A stretch of DNA of 64,000 nt, from the IMG/VR virus record IMGVR_UViG_3300009151_000034, positions 32,001 through 96,000 of that record; one strand, 5' to 3'. Source of the stretch: a virus. The notes below the pieces were generated by a model. It saw nothing but the letters and a program-made list of their open reading frames with translations. It did not search any database and was not told the origin of the DNA. The position numbers and the translations under genes were made by a program. Numbering within the stretch: position 1 is the stretch's first letter; every line of letters starts with the position of its first letter. Positions 46,904 through 55,744 of this stretch are shown one piece after another.

Positions 46904-49135
46904 TTAATGTGTTCCCATTTGGCAATGCCATTTTTTTAACGAAAGTGCCTTGCGTGTTGGACGATTATGCTTATCTTTCATGGGTCCAGGCACCCCACTC
47001 ATTCTTGCACAAAAAGATTTTCTACGGTTATATTCCTTACTACCCTGTTTTATTTCACTTGGTTCTGTTGTAACAGCGGTCTGAAGATGCGAACCTGGAT
47101 GTTCTTTTTTATAACTATTAACACCTTTTTGATTTAAACCACCTTTAGGATTTTTACCTTCTTTTCTTTGCCATGCCGCTGATTCAGAAATAACTCTTTT
47201 AATAGTATCTAGCGTGGTATGTTCTTCTTTTTTTTGTGAATTTCTGATTGCCTCGGCTGTTGGAGCGCCCGGTTCTCCTGGATTACGCATACGTTTACCA
47301 GCCTCTCTTCTTTTACGAATATTATACCAAAGACCTCTGTTAGATTCATCAACAGATTCTTGAACAGTTTTAATATGCGCCATAATCTGTCGGATTACCC
47401 CAGGAGAAATATCTTTATGGCGGGGAACTGCGATTGTATGCGGGGAATTTGGATGTTTATATACTTCATGATCACCACGGTCACGATGAAGAACGTAACC
47501 TATTTGTTTCATGTGGTTGGTTACGTCTCGGTGTGATCTACCAATATCAAAAGGATTAATCTTTTCGTATAGTGATTGTGTAAAATTAAACGATTCGTTC
47601 ATTGTCTTTTTTTCTCCTAATTTATCAAGCATTTTTTCTGCTGCTATACGAACATATTCATCTTCATCATTTAATGCTTTATCAAGATGTTCTTTAGTTG
47701 CATTTGGATGTGATGCTGCTGCCATACGAACATTCCAGTTTTTATCATCTAATGCTTTATTTAAGTTTTCTTTTGTTGCCTTTTCATGTTTTGTTGCTGC
47801 CATACGAACATTCCAGTTTTTATCATCTAATGCTTTATTAATATGTTCATTTGTGACATTTTGATTTCTTATTGCTGCCGCACGAACATGACGATCACTA
47901 TCATCAAGTGCTTTATTGATATTATTTTCATTAGCATTAGGATTTTTTGCTGCTGCTATACGGACATCAGATTCGCCGTCATTTAATGCTTTATCGATAT
48001 GTTCATTCGTTGCTTTTGGATGTTCTGCTGCTGCTCCACGAACAAAATCATCTTTATCATCAAGTGCTTTATTGATATTTTTTTCAGATGCGTTTGGGTG
48101 TTTGGTAGCGGCCAATCTAACATTATCATCTTTATCATCAAGTGCTTTATTGATATGATTTTCATTAGCATTAGGATTTTTTGCTGCTGCTTCACGAACA
48201 TAATGATCTTTATCATCAAGTGCTTTATTGATATTTTCACTTGTTGCATTTGGATGTCCTGCCGTTGCTTCACGAACTTCTGGATTTTTATCGTCTAACG
48301 CTTTATTTAAATCGTCTTTAGTTGCATTTGGATGAAGCATAATGGATTTGCCATTATCATTATATACTCCTGGGTGTTTAGTATAAAGCAAACTCCCACC
48401 TTTATGTTCACCAGAAAGTCTCTTAGCTAAATCTTCTGCATGTTTTTTAAATCCTTCGTGGTCAAGACCATAGTATGAATCAACGGCATATGCTGTATGG
48501 CCTTCGTTGTTTATATGAGGTTGTAATGTTGCTCTTGCAATTTCTTCGCCTTTGTGATTATGAAGATATGCAACAACAGTGCCATGTTTTGTTTCTTGTT
48601 GTAGATAATGCCTATTGATACCCGTATGGACATTTTTACAAGAACTATTTTCCCACGACTGTTCGGGGGCAGTCTGATTACGAATACCCGCCCCCGATCT
48701 TGTAATTCTAACACTTAAACCTGTTTGTTTCTTGCCTTGTCTGGTGCTGTCATTTGCAAATCCATTAATAAGTTGACTTGGCGCTTTTGATTTTGTAAGA
48801 ATTCCGCCAATTTTTACTTTTCTTCCATATTTGTCTGTTGTTTGACCTGCCCTATAATCGTCGGATTCAATATTTTGGCCGATGTGACGCTCTACTGCTT
48901 TATGTATTTCAGACTTATCGACAGTCCCAGAAAGAGGTTCTGATATTTCATCATTACCTTTGCCGAAAAAATGATCCGTGGCTGCTACTGCTTTTGGGTC
49001 ACGTTCCCATGTAGAAGCTTCTTTTTCTTCGGCTGGTGTAAGTTTCTCAAGAAGAGGCACAGTATTTACCGTAGAACTTGCCAATTGTTTTTGTTGGTTA
49101 GAAATAAACAGTGTCGCAAGTTCTACGGTATTCAT
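46904..49135 (-). CDS. Multidomain protein: HEAT-like 26-aa repeats, HicA-like domain, C-terminal DUF6321-like domain
   Basis: ~9 x LDDK..VR.AA..HPNA; RGDHEVYKHP..VPRH..G..I; KNP.GGL..RRKSFCARM. Confidence 0.72.
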   Translation of the reverse strand: MNTVELATLFISNQQKQLASSTVNTVPLLEKLTPAEEKEASTWERDPKAVAATDHFFGKGNDEISEPLSGTVDKSEIHKAVERHIGQNIESDDYRAGQTTDKYGRKVKIGGILTKSKAPSQLINGFANDSTRQGKKQTGLSVRITRSGAGIRNQTAPEQSWENSSCKNVHTGINRHYLQQETKHGTVVAYLHNHKGEEIARATLQPHINNEGHTAYAVDSYYGLDHEGFKKHAEDLAKRLSGEHKGGSLLYTKHPGVYNDNGKSIMLHPNATKDDLNKALDDKNPEVREATAGHPNATSENINKALDDKDHYVREAAAKNPNANENHINKALDDKDDNVRLAATKHPNASEKNINKALDDKDDFVRGAAAEHPKATNEHIDKALNDGESDVRIAAAKNPNANENNINKALDDSDRHVRAAAIRNQNVTNEHINKALDDKNWNVRMAATKHEKATKENLNKALDDKNWNVRMAAASHPNATKEHLDKALNDEDEYVRIAAEKMLDKLGEKKTMNESFNFTQSLYEKINPFDIGRSHRDVTNHMKQIGYVLHRDRGDHEVYKHPNSPHTIAVPRHKDISPGVIRQIMAHIKTVQESVDESNRGLWYNIRKRREAGKRMRNPGEPGAPTAEAIRNSQKKEEHTTLDTIKRVISESAAWQRKEGKNPKGGLNQKGVNSYKKEHPGSHLQTAVTTEPSEIKQGSKEYNRRKSFCARMSGVPGPMKDKHNRPTRKALSLKKWHCQMGTH

Positions 49136-49249
49136 TTATTGATCCTTCTAAAATAGTAAAATGTTTATTTTATTTATCTTTTTTCATAAACAGACGCAAT
49201 AAAGTTTGGTGTCCATCCGTTAGAGGTTTACCTGTATTTATAATAAATT

Positions 49250-50245
49250 TTATTTTGAATTCCCGGTGAGTTGTGTGTCACTTTTAATTGTTTTAAGAAT
49301 GCCAGCAGCACCTTCAGTTTTTGCTCTAAGAGAAAGGATGATTTTTCCTTTATGTCTAAAATTTACTGAATTATCTTCATGGGTTACATCAAGATTATTA
49401 TGATCGTTCAAATAATGATCATAATCAATATGTGGATTAATTAAACTAGTATGATAGTTTCCGTTAATGCCACTTGATACAACCCTAATATGATCTTGTC
49501 CGGTATTATTTGCGTGCAATAAATTTCTTAAATGACGTGCCAATTCTGGTTTGGGTAATTGTGAATAAGCTTTATGCCATCTGCTTGCAATTGCAGGTAA
49601 TAATTTTTTTCGTTCTGCTGCTTCATCGGCTTTTAGTTGTGGGTTTTTAGGAACGATTTTCTTTAATTCTGCTCGTGATTTTCCTTTAATTTCATCTCCG
49701 TATTTGTCTTCAAGTTTTTTTCTTGATGTATCTATCATATTCTGAGATGACTGTTTAAACCCCAAACTATTTTCAATAGCACCTAACCCAGGTGCCTTAA
49801 TATGTGCTGGTTTGCCTTTTTCCTTATGTGCTTTTAAACTGATTCCTAAATGTTTACCATTTTTTTTGGTAATGTAAATATCAGACGAATCTTCATTTTG
49901 TGTTTTTTCAACACCAGTAATTTTTTTAACGTCACCAGATTTTGCAGACCGTTGAACATGACCAATATTTTCTCTGCCACCAACATGTTTAAATATGGCA
50001 TCAGCAGCAAGTTTTGCTCTTTGAAAATGATCATCATAATCTTGAGGAGTCATTGTTTTTTTGATTCTATCGTGTGCTTCTTCTGGCGTTTCTTTTTTTG
50101 AATTTGGAGGATTTTCCATATGTTTTCCCCCAAGCAAATGATAACCAGTCAATAATTCGTGCATATCTCCATTTGTTTGGACATCTGTTTTTTTGTTATC
50201 ATCTTCATAGAGATATAAAGATAAAAATTCTTTGAAACGTATCAT
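49250..50245 (-). CDS. Putative PD-(D/E)xK nuclease with capsid-targeting-like N-terminus
   Basis: G..HE..SDIYI..GISLK; N-term MIRFKEFL..LYE; late promoter 50279-50286. Confidence 0.55.
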   Translation of the reverse strand: MIRFKEFLSLYLYEDDNKKTDVQTNGDMHELLTGYHLLGGKHMENPPNSKKETPEEAHDRIKKTMTPQDYDDHFQRAKLAADAIFKHVGGRENIGHVQRSAKSGDVKKITGVEKTQNEDSSDIYITKKNGKHLGISLKAHKEKGKPAHIKAPGLGAIENSLGFKQSSQNMIDTSRKKLEDKYGDEIKGKSRAELKKIVPKNPQLKADEAAERKKLLPAIASRWHKAYSQLPKPELARHLRNLLHANNTGQDHIRVVSSGINGNYHTSLINPHIDYDHYLNDHNNLDVTHEDNSVNFRHKGKIILSLRAKTEGAAGILKTIKSDTQLTGNSK

Positions 50246-50287
50246 GGGTATATATAACCTTTTTATTAAAGACTAATATATTTATAT

Positions 50288-50318
50288 AAAAAAAGGGTAG
50301 ACCTTTCGATCTACCCTT
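50288..50318 (-). terminator. Intrinsic terminator
   Basis: AAGGGTAGA-TCGAAAGG-TCTACCCTT plus T-tract. Confidence 0.85.
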
Positions 50319-50430
50319 CTCCCAAACAACATGACTGAGAGGAACCCCACCTTGATCTCAGTTATTCCTGTGCTTATATTCACTATGCCACTTATACGTA
50401 ATCAAAACGTATTGCAAGTTGTCTGTCGTA
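50288..50430 (-). ncRNA. Candidate late-promoter-driven structured sRNA
   Basis: TATAAATA (50435-50442), multi-stem fold, terminator (50288-50318), no ORF. Confidence 0.55.
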
Positions 50431-50448
50431 AGTTTATTTATATAAAAC

Positions 50449-50649
50449 TTAATGCATACTTTTGCATACTCCTTCTGCAATGAAAGCAGGGGTCCATCCG
50501 TTAAACCCAACCTTATTTTTATTTAAATTGTTACAATATGTCTGGGCTTTTACTGCCTGATCGAAATGCATCACATATTGTTCTGTTGTGATTTCGTATA
50601 TTGACCAAATATTAATTCCACTTTTTTCAACTCGATATTTCTTAATCAT
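50449..50649 (-). CDS. Hypothetical protein
   Basis: GF.GWTP.F motif; overlaps gp41 stop. Confidence 0.65.
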   Translation of the reverse strand: MIKKYRVEKSGINIWSIYEITTEQYVMHFDQAVKAQTYCNNLNKNKVGFNGWTPAFIAEGVCKSMH

Positions 50650-51851
50650 TATTTAAAATCCTTAAAATTATTCTTGTTAAATTTAGGTTTGCTACTGTAA
50701 AATTCATCATTATCACGAGTTCCAAATGAAGTTTTGTCCATCAAAGGTCGATCATCAACAATATCACTCTGTGCAATATCTTCAACATCATACAATTTCA
50801 TCTTGCTCTTGTCAACTCCAATCACAAAACGTTTGTGCAGAGAAATATCATTATATCTGTTCTTCAATTGCTTCACCATAATTTGATTCATCGCTGCAAG
50901 TTCTTCGGTGCTGATAAGGGCAATCATCAAATCAGCAGTAGCAGGAAGTCCAAAGCTTTCTGATGTATCTTCAAGACCAACATCAGAATTATTAAAACCA
51001 CCACGAGTTGTTTGTGTGGCTGTAACAATTGGAACATTAAATTCCACGGCCAAACCACGAAGTTCCTCTGCGATAGCCTTGACATATGTATAGCTGTTAA
51101 TATTAGCTGTATATTTTATTCGAGAACTAGAACAAATGTTTAGATAGTCAATATAAATAATATCAGGCTTGAAATTCTTTTTTAACTTCAACTCATTAAG
51201 AAGATAACGAAAGTTTGATGAACCAGCAGAGGAAGTTGGGTATTCTTTGATGATTATCTTGCCCATAGTTTTACTTTTGATACGGTCAATCTTGCGCTGA
51301 TAGGTTTCCTTTGGCATCATAGATAGTTCTTTGATTGGAGTATCAAGTAAGTTGGCATCGATACGTTCTGCGATTCGTTCTTCTGCCATTTCCATTGTGA
51401 TGTAAAGAACATTCTTACCAGCCATAAGATTAGCAGCAGCACAATGACACATGAAAAGAGATTTACCAACACCAGTATTGTGTGATGATACACCATTTGT
51501 ATAATATCTGTGGTTTTCGTGATCAACTTGAATATCAACGATTGGTATTTTATTATTTATTTTTTTAACAATTCCACGAACGTAACCACAATCAGTAAAA
51601 AACATCTGATAATCGTTAGTTAAATCTTTTGCATATTCCCACCCATTTTTAGTTTCAAATAAATGATTCTCATTTACTCGGACAATTCGGTTATCATCAG
51701 TCTCTAAACGATATTCGTCCCATTCTCCCTTATCAACAAACGTAGATACCGGAACAAATCCATCAGGTGAAGTAACTTCTATTTCATAACCATCAGAAAT
51801 ATATTTTGCAATTTCGCCAATTTTTATTTCTTTTTCTTGCCATTCGGTCAT
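50649..51851 (-). CDS. gp41: Replicative helicase C-part preceded by C-intein fragment
   Basis: ...VDIQV..YYTNGVSSHN|TGVGKSLFMC..EMAEERI..DYLNI..ATQT.R..SESFGLPATAD. Confidence 0.92.
   Translation of the reverse strand: MTEWQEKEIKIGEIAKYISDGYEIEVTSPDGFVPVSTFVDKGEWDEYRLETDDNRIVRVNENHLFETKNGWEYAKDLTNDYQMFFTDCGYVRGIVKKINNKIPIVDIQVDHENHRYYTNGVSSHNTGVGKSLFMCHCAAANLMAGKNVLYITMEMAEERIAERIDANLLDTPIKELSMMPKETYQRKIDRIKSKTMGKIIIKEYPTSSAGSSNFRYLLNELKLKKNFKPDIIYIDYLNICSSSRIKYTANINSYTYVKAIAEELRGLAVEFNVPIVTATQTTRGGFNNSDVGLEDTSESFGLPATADLMIALISTEELAAMNQIMVKQLKNRYNDISLHKRFVIGVDKSKMKLYDVEDIAQSDIVDDRPLMDKTSFGTRDNDEFYSSKPKFNKNNFKDFK
51477..51851 (-). mobile_element. Split intein, large C-fragment (~125 aa)
   Basis: Block B-like NENH, block F VDIQV, terminal SHN followed by Thr. 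Confidence 0.88.
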
Positions 51852-51903
51852 AAGTTTTTCTTTCATTTTATATAAATAAAGTTAACAGGAACGGGAGGTA
51901 TTA

Positions 51904-52533
51904 TTGATGTTTAACATGATATACAATAATTTATGTCGTAGCAGAAGTCAACTAAAAAATTTATGGGTTAAAGGATCAAATATTCATCGTCATCACATTA
52001 TACCAAAACATCAAGGTGGATTAGACGAAGAAACAAATTACACTTATCTTTCGGTGAGAGAACACATTATAGCCCATTATCTATTATGGAAAATTCATAA
52101 GAAACCAAACGATTTACGCGCTATGCATATGTTAGGTTGTAATTTAACTAGTGAACAAAGAAAAACGATTGGTATTTGGTGTAAAGATAATAATATAGGA
52201 ATATTTGACCCAACTAAAAATTTTAAATCAGAATGGTCAAAGCGTGGGGCTAAAACTCAAATGGATAAAAAGATCGGAATACATAATCCAGATAATTTCA
52301 AAAAAAATGCTTCTTTTGGAGGTAAAGCAGGAGCAAAAATTCAAATGGATAAAAAGATCGGAATACATAATCCAGATAATTTCAAAAAGAATTCCTCTCT
52401 TGGGGGTAAAGCACTTAAGAATATGGTTTGTGTAACAAATGGAAAACACAGGACAAGAATTCATCCTGAAAGATTAGAGGAATTCTTGTCAAATGGTTAT
52501 ATCAAAGGGTTTGTTCTTTTTACCGATATCTAA
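51904..52533 (+). mobile_element. Free-standing HNH homing endonuclease gene
   Basis: HRHHIIPKHQGG..N...L..REH..AH.LL; duplicated GAK.QMDKKIGIHNPDNFKKN; TATAAATA at 51871. Confidence 0.88.
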
Positions 52534-53146
52534 TTTTAATTAACGTATCAGGATGAACACAGCCTGCAAGAATAACATTGAGTGTCTTGTTTGGTAATCC
52601 ATCATCAGTGATTTTGTTTAGATAAGATAGATCGAAAGCAACACGAACTTCTTTACGGTGATAAAAATCATAGCGAGAATCACTATCATCTATCCAGTTA
52701 TGCCCAATATTACTATCAAAACTAACCGCAAGCGCATCAGACAAAATCTGTGGAATAGAACCCTTAGATAATGTTTTTTCTGAGCTTCCATCTATGATTT
52801 GAATAGACTGCCGAATACCATTATAGATTGCTTTTTCTTGACAAAACTTTTCAGTCTGATCTACAAGCCATTCAATACTCGTATCAGGTTCAAAGTCTAA
52901 TTGGCTAATCGACTGCGATGCACTAGTAAAAACATTTTGGTCAACATGTTCTTTGTTGGAAAGTTCAATATTAAGCGCCTCTTGTGTAGGAAAATTATTA
53001 TATTTTTGAACATAGTTATTAATTAATTCAAATATAATTCTATCACCGCCATTTTCGAAATATTCTTGTTTTAGGAATGGAATAACCTTCCTGCCATACT
53101 CTTCGCGTAGAATCAGATTTCCGAAAATAACTTGTTCAAAACTCAT
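52520..53146 (-). CDS. gp41: Replicative helicase N-part ending in 13-aa N-intein
   Basis: EKFCQEKAIY..ALAVSFD..GH..LPNKTLNVILAG|CVHPDTLIKIRYR*. Confidence 0.92.
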   Translation of the reverse strand: MSFEQVIFGNLILREEYGRKVIPFLKQEYFENGGDRIIFELINNYVQKYNNFPTQEALNIELSNKEHVDQNVFTSASQSISQLDFEPDTSIEWLVDQTEKFCQEKAIYNGIRQSIQIIDGSSEKTLSKGSIPQILSDALAVSFDSNIGHNWIDDSDSRYDFYHRKEVRVAFDLSYLNKITDDGLPNKTLNVILAGCVHPDTLIKIRYR

Positions 53147-53155
53147 AAAAAACTC

Positions 53156-53371
53156 CTATAAAAACTTATTTTCGACTTTAAATATTCCTGCACAATAATT
53201 CTCTGCCATATCATGTGCATAGTGCATGTTATGATCTTTACATTCTTGTAAATCTAACATGATATCATCTTTATAGAATTCTATAAAGATGGTCATGCCA
53301 ATAACAGAGATGGCAGATTTTAGTCTGCCATCCTTGCTATAATATACTTCATTATGACTCGGTAGACTCAT
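53156..53371 (-). CDS. Hypothetical protein
   Basis: H..YA.D.AENY motif; between uvsX and gp41. Confidence 0.6.
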   Translation of the reverse strand: MSLPSHNEVYYSKDGRLKSAISVIGMTIFIEFYKDDIMLDLQECKDHNMHYAHDMAENYCAGIFKVENKFL

Positions 53372-54395
53372 TCTCCATCATCTCCCCTTGTGCCATAGTA
53401 TACTTGTTCTTAATCCATGATGCGAAGTCTGTTGTCTTAAGAACATCTTTCCAAAACTCGGAATTATTATCGATCTCAGATGCACGATAATTCTTGCTGA
53501 GTTCACCAGTTTCCTTATCAACCTTGGCATACCATCCGTTCTTTGGCTTTACAATATAGCCTGCTTCAACTGCCAAGTCAAGTAGTCCTGACCATTTATT
53601 GATGCCACCGTCATAAGAAACCGTAATAGGAATTTTTGACTTTTCTTTGACGTAACGAGACTTTTCGACATTAATGATAAAGTGATAACCTTTGATTTCT
53701 TTATCATCCTTATCTTGCTGGCGACCAAGAATCCAAATATTATCAGCACCATAATATGAACCAGTGCCACCACCTACAATATCTTTCGGATATAGACCGA
53801 TTTCTTTGTAAGTATGATTAATCACAACCATAGGAATATCCTTAAGTGTTAACTTGGCTGTCACAATGCGGAAGAAAGACTTGAGAGCTTTTGCTCGTGT
53901 CATATCAGCAACAGTCTTACCTTCGATTGCGTCTTCGGTTTCTTTCTTGGATGCAAGATTTCCAATCGAATCAATAACAATAAAAATTTTATCCTCTCGA
54001 CTTAGTTCTTTCAATTGAACCGAAAGATCATGCTTTAGTTCTTCCACATCGGTAACGGGTGAGTGAATGACCGAATCGTGCGGAATATTGAAAGTATCAA
54101 AATATCCTTGAGGCGTTCCAAATTCTGAATCATAAAACAAAATAAGACCATCCTTATACTTACGAAGGAAAGCAGAAGCCAAAAGTAAAGCAAACCCGGT
54201 CTTAAAATGTTTTGATGGTCCTGCAAGCATTGTTACACCTGGGGTAATTCCACCATCAAGTGAACCAGAAAGTGCCACATTGATCATTGGAATTGGTGTA
54301 GGAATCATATCTTTTTTAGAATAAATTTTACTCTCACTAAGCATAGAAGTATGTTCGAGTGTAGAGTTCTTGATTAGCTTATCACGTAGAGACAT
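53352..54395 (-). CDS. uvsX: RecA-like recombinase
   Basis: NVALSG..AGPSKHFKT..YDSEFG..DSIGNLAS..ADMTRAK..EKSRYVKEKS. Confidence 0.96.
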   Translation of the reverse strand: MSLRDKLIKNSTLEHTSMLSESKIYSKKDMIPTPIPMINVALSGSLDGGITPGVTMLAGPSKHFKTGFALLLASAFLRKYKDGLILFYDSEFGTPQGYFDTFNIPHDSVIHSPVTDVEELKHDLSVQLKELSREDKIFIVIDSIGNLASKKETEDAIEGKTVADMTRAKALKSFFRIVTAKLTLKDIPMVVINHTYKEIGLYPKDIVGGGTGSYYGADNIWILGRQQDKDDKEIKGYHFIINVEKSRYVKEKSKIPITVSYDGGINKWSGLLDLAVEAGYIVKPKNGWYAKVDKETGELSKNYRASEIDNNSEFWKDVLKTTDFASWIKNKYTMAQGEMMENESTES

Positions 54396-54574
54396 TTTAT
54401 TTTCCTTTTGTATGCTTATATTTCGTTTTGAAAGTATTTTACGGGCTTCTCTGAATGCTTCTTTAACTGCATCATATCCCTTTTCATGACCACTTGATCT
54501 ATACCACTCACAATCTGGCGGGCATTCTTTTTCTAGTCCACATCCACAGCCGCCACCATGATCATATTTTGCCA

Positions 54575-55682
54575 TTACATATAGTCCTCCAATGTAAGTT
54601 GTCTTTCTGCTTGCCAACCAATAACATCAAGAATTGAAGTAATTGGATCAAGGAAAGTCTTCTGGAACTGCATATCATAATCCACATACTTCTGCAAGTC
54701 AAATTCATCTGGTAGACTTTCAGGGACCGAAATAACCGTATCCTCAATGATATTAGGCATTCTGAGATAAGCAAACTTAATCTTATCATTTTCACCAATC
54801 AACGGATATTTGTTGCTCAGTTCTTCGTTATTTTTAATAAGATTGTTATATAACAGAGCGCCCTTCACATGGATTGGAGTCCCTTTGATGTATACTTCTC
54901 CGTCTACTTTGGAGGCATACTTATCAAGTCCCTTCACCCCACGAGGAAAAGCAATATCCTCGAAAGGAAGATTTCTGAAATTATCTTTGAATTCAGCAAT
55001 AAATGCTTGGGTAGTTTTTTCATCCTTATTCATAATAATTTCGAGTGCCTTCTTGATATTGACACGGGAAGCCTTTGGAGTTGAAGAACGAACCGATTCG
55101 ATACCAGAAACTTTTACTTGTGGTTCAGAAAACTGCACGCCTTCAATATTCCAGGCATTCAAAATATACATCTTCTTTCCTCGCCAAATACCTTTACTGG
55201 CAATCGTTTCGCGTTTCATAAACATCTTTTGCTTATATGCATTCATGTAAGACGCAAGTTCTTCATATGACTTGTTAATCATAGGTTGAATTTTTTGTTC
55301 ACAGAATTCATCAAGCATCTTGACAATTTGTAGTTCGTCAGTGATGCCAACCTTGTTCACTAGACCTTCCATATCAACATAGATCGAGTCCGTATCAGAT
55401 GCAATAAGGTAATCGAAATTTTTGGTCTTGAGAATTCGGTTAAGATATTCATTCATTTTATTTCCGATCCAACGAACGGAAAGTTGTCCTGACATTGTAA
55501 TGGCTTCAGCAAGATTGAAGTCAAACCAGCGGAACCAGACGTTACCAAGAGCACCATATGCTGAGTTAAAGTTGCACCTTTTTGGCTAGTTGCAAATTAT
55601 GATACTTTGAAACATCCCTTTCTACCTTTTTCTTGAGTTCAATCAATTCGCTGTCACTTAATTTGCTGTAATCGTCTAACAA
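54575..55682 (-). CDS. gp43: DNA polymerase B, C-terminal subunit (needs a +1 frameshift at 55571-55565)
   Basis: TTG start after GGAG RBS; MLDDYSK..QLAKKVQL* then +1 frame NSAYGALGN..AEAITMSGQ..SDTDS..KRE..KK.Y. Confidence 0.85.
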
Positions 55683-55744
55683 AACTTATTCTCCAAATAA
55701 CAAAGGTTTGATGTTTTCATCTATAAATAAAATTCCATATTTTT

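Noticed and set aside
54575-55495. ORF-track start MSGQL as the true polymerase C-subunit start
   Set aside because: That Met is internal to the conserved AEAIT.SGQ motif, and starting there would omit motif B.
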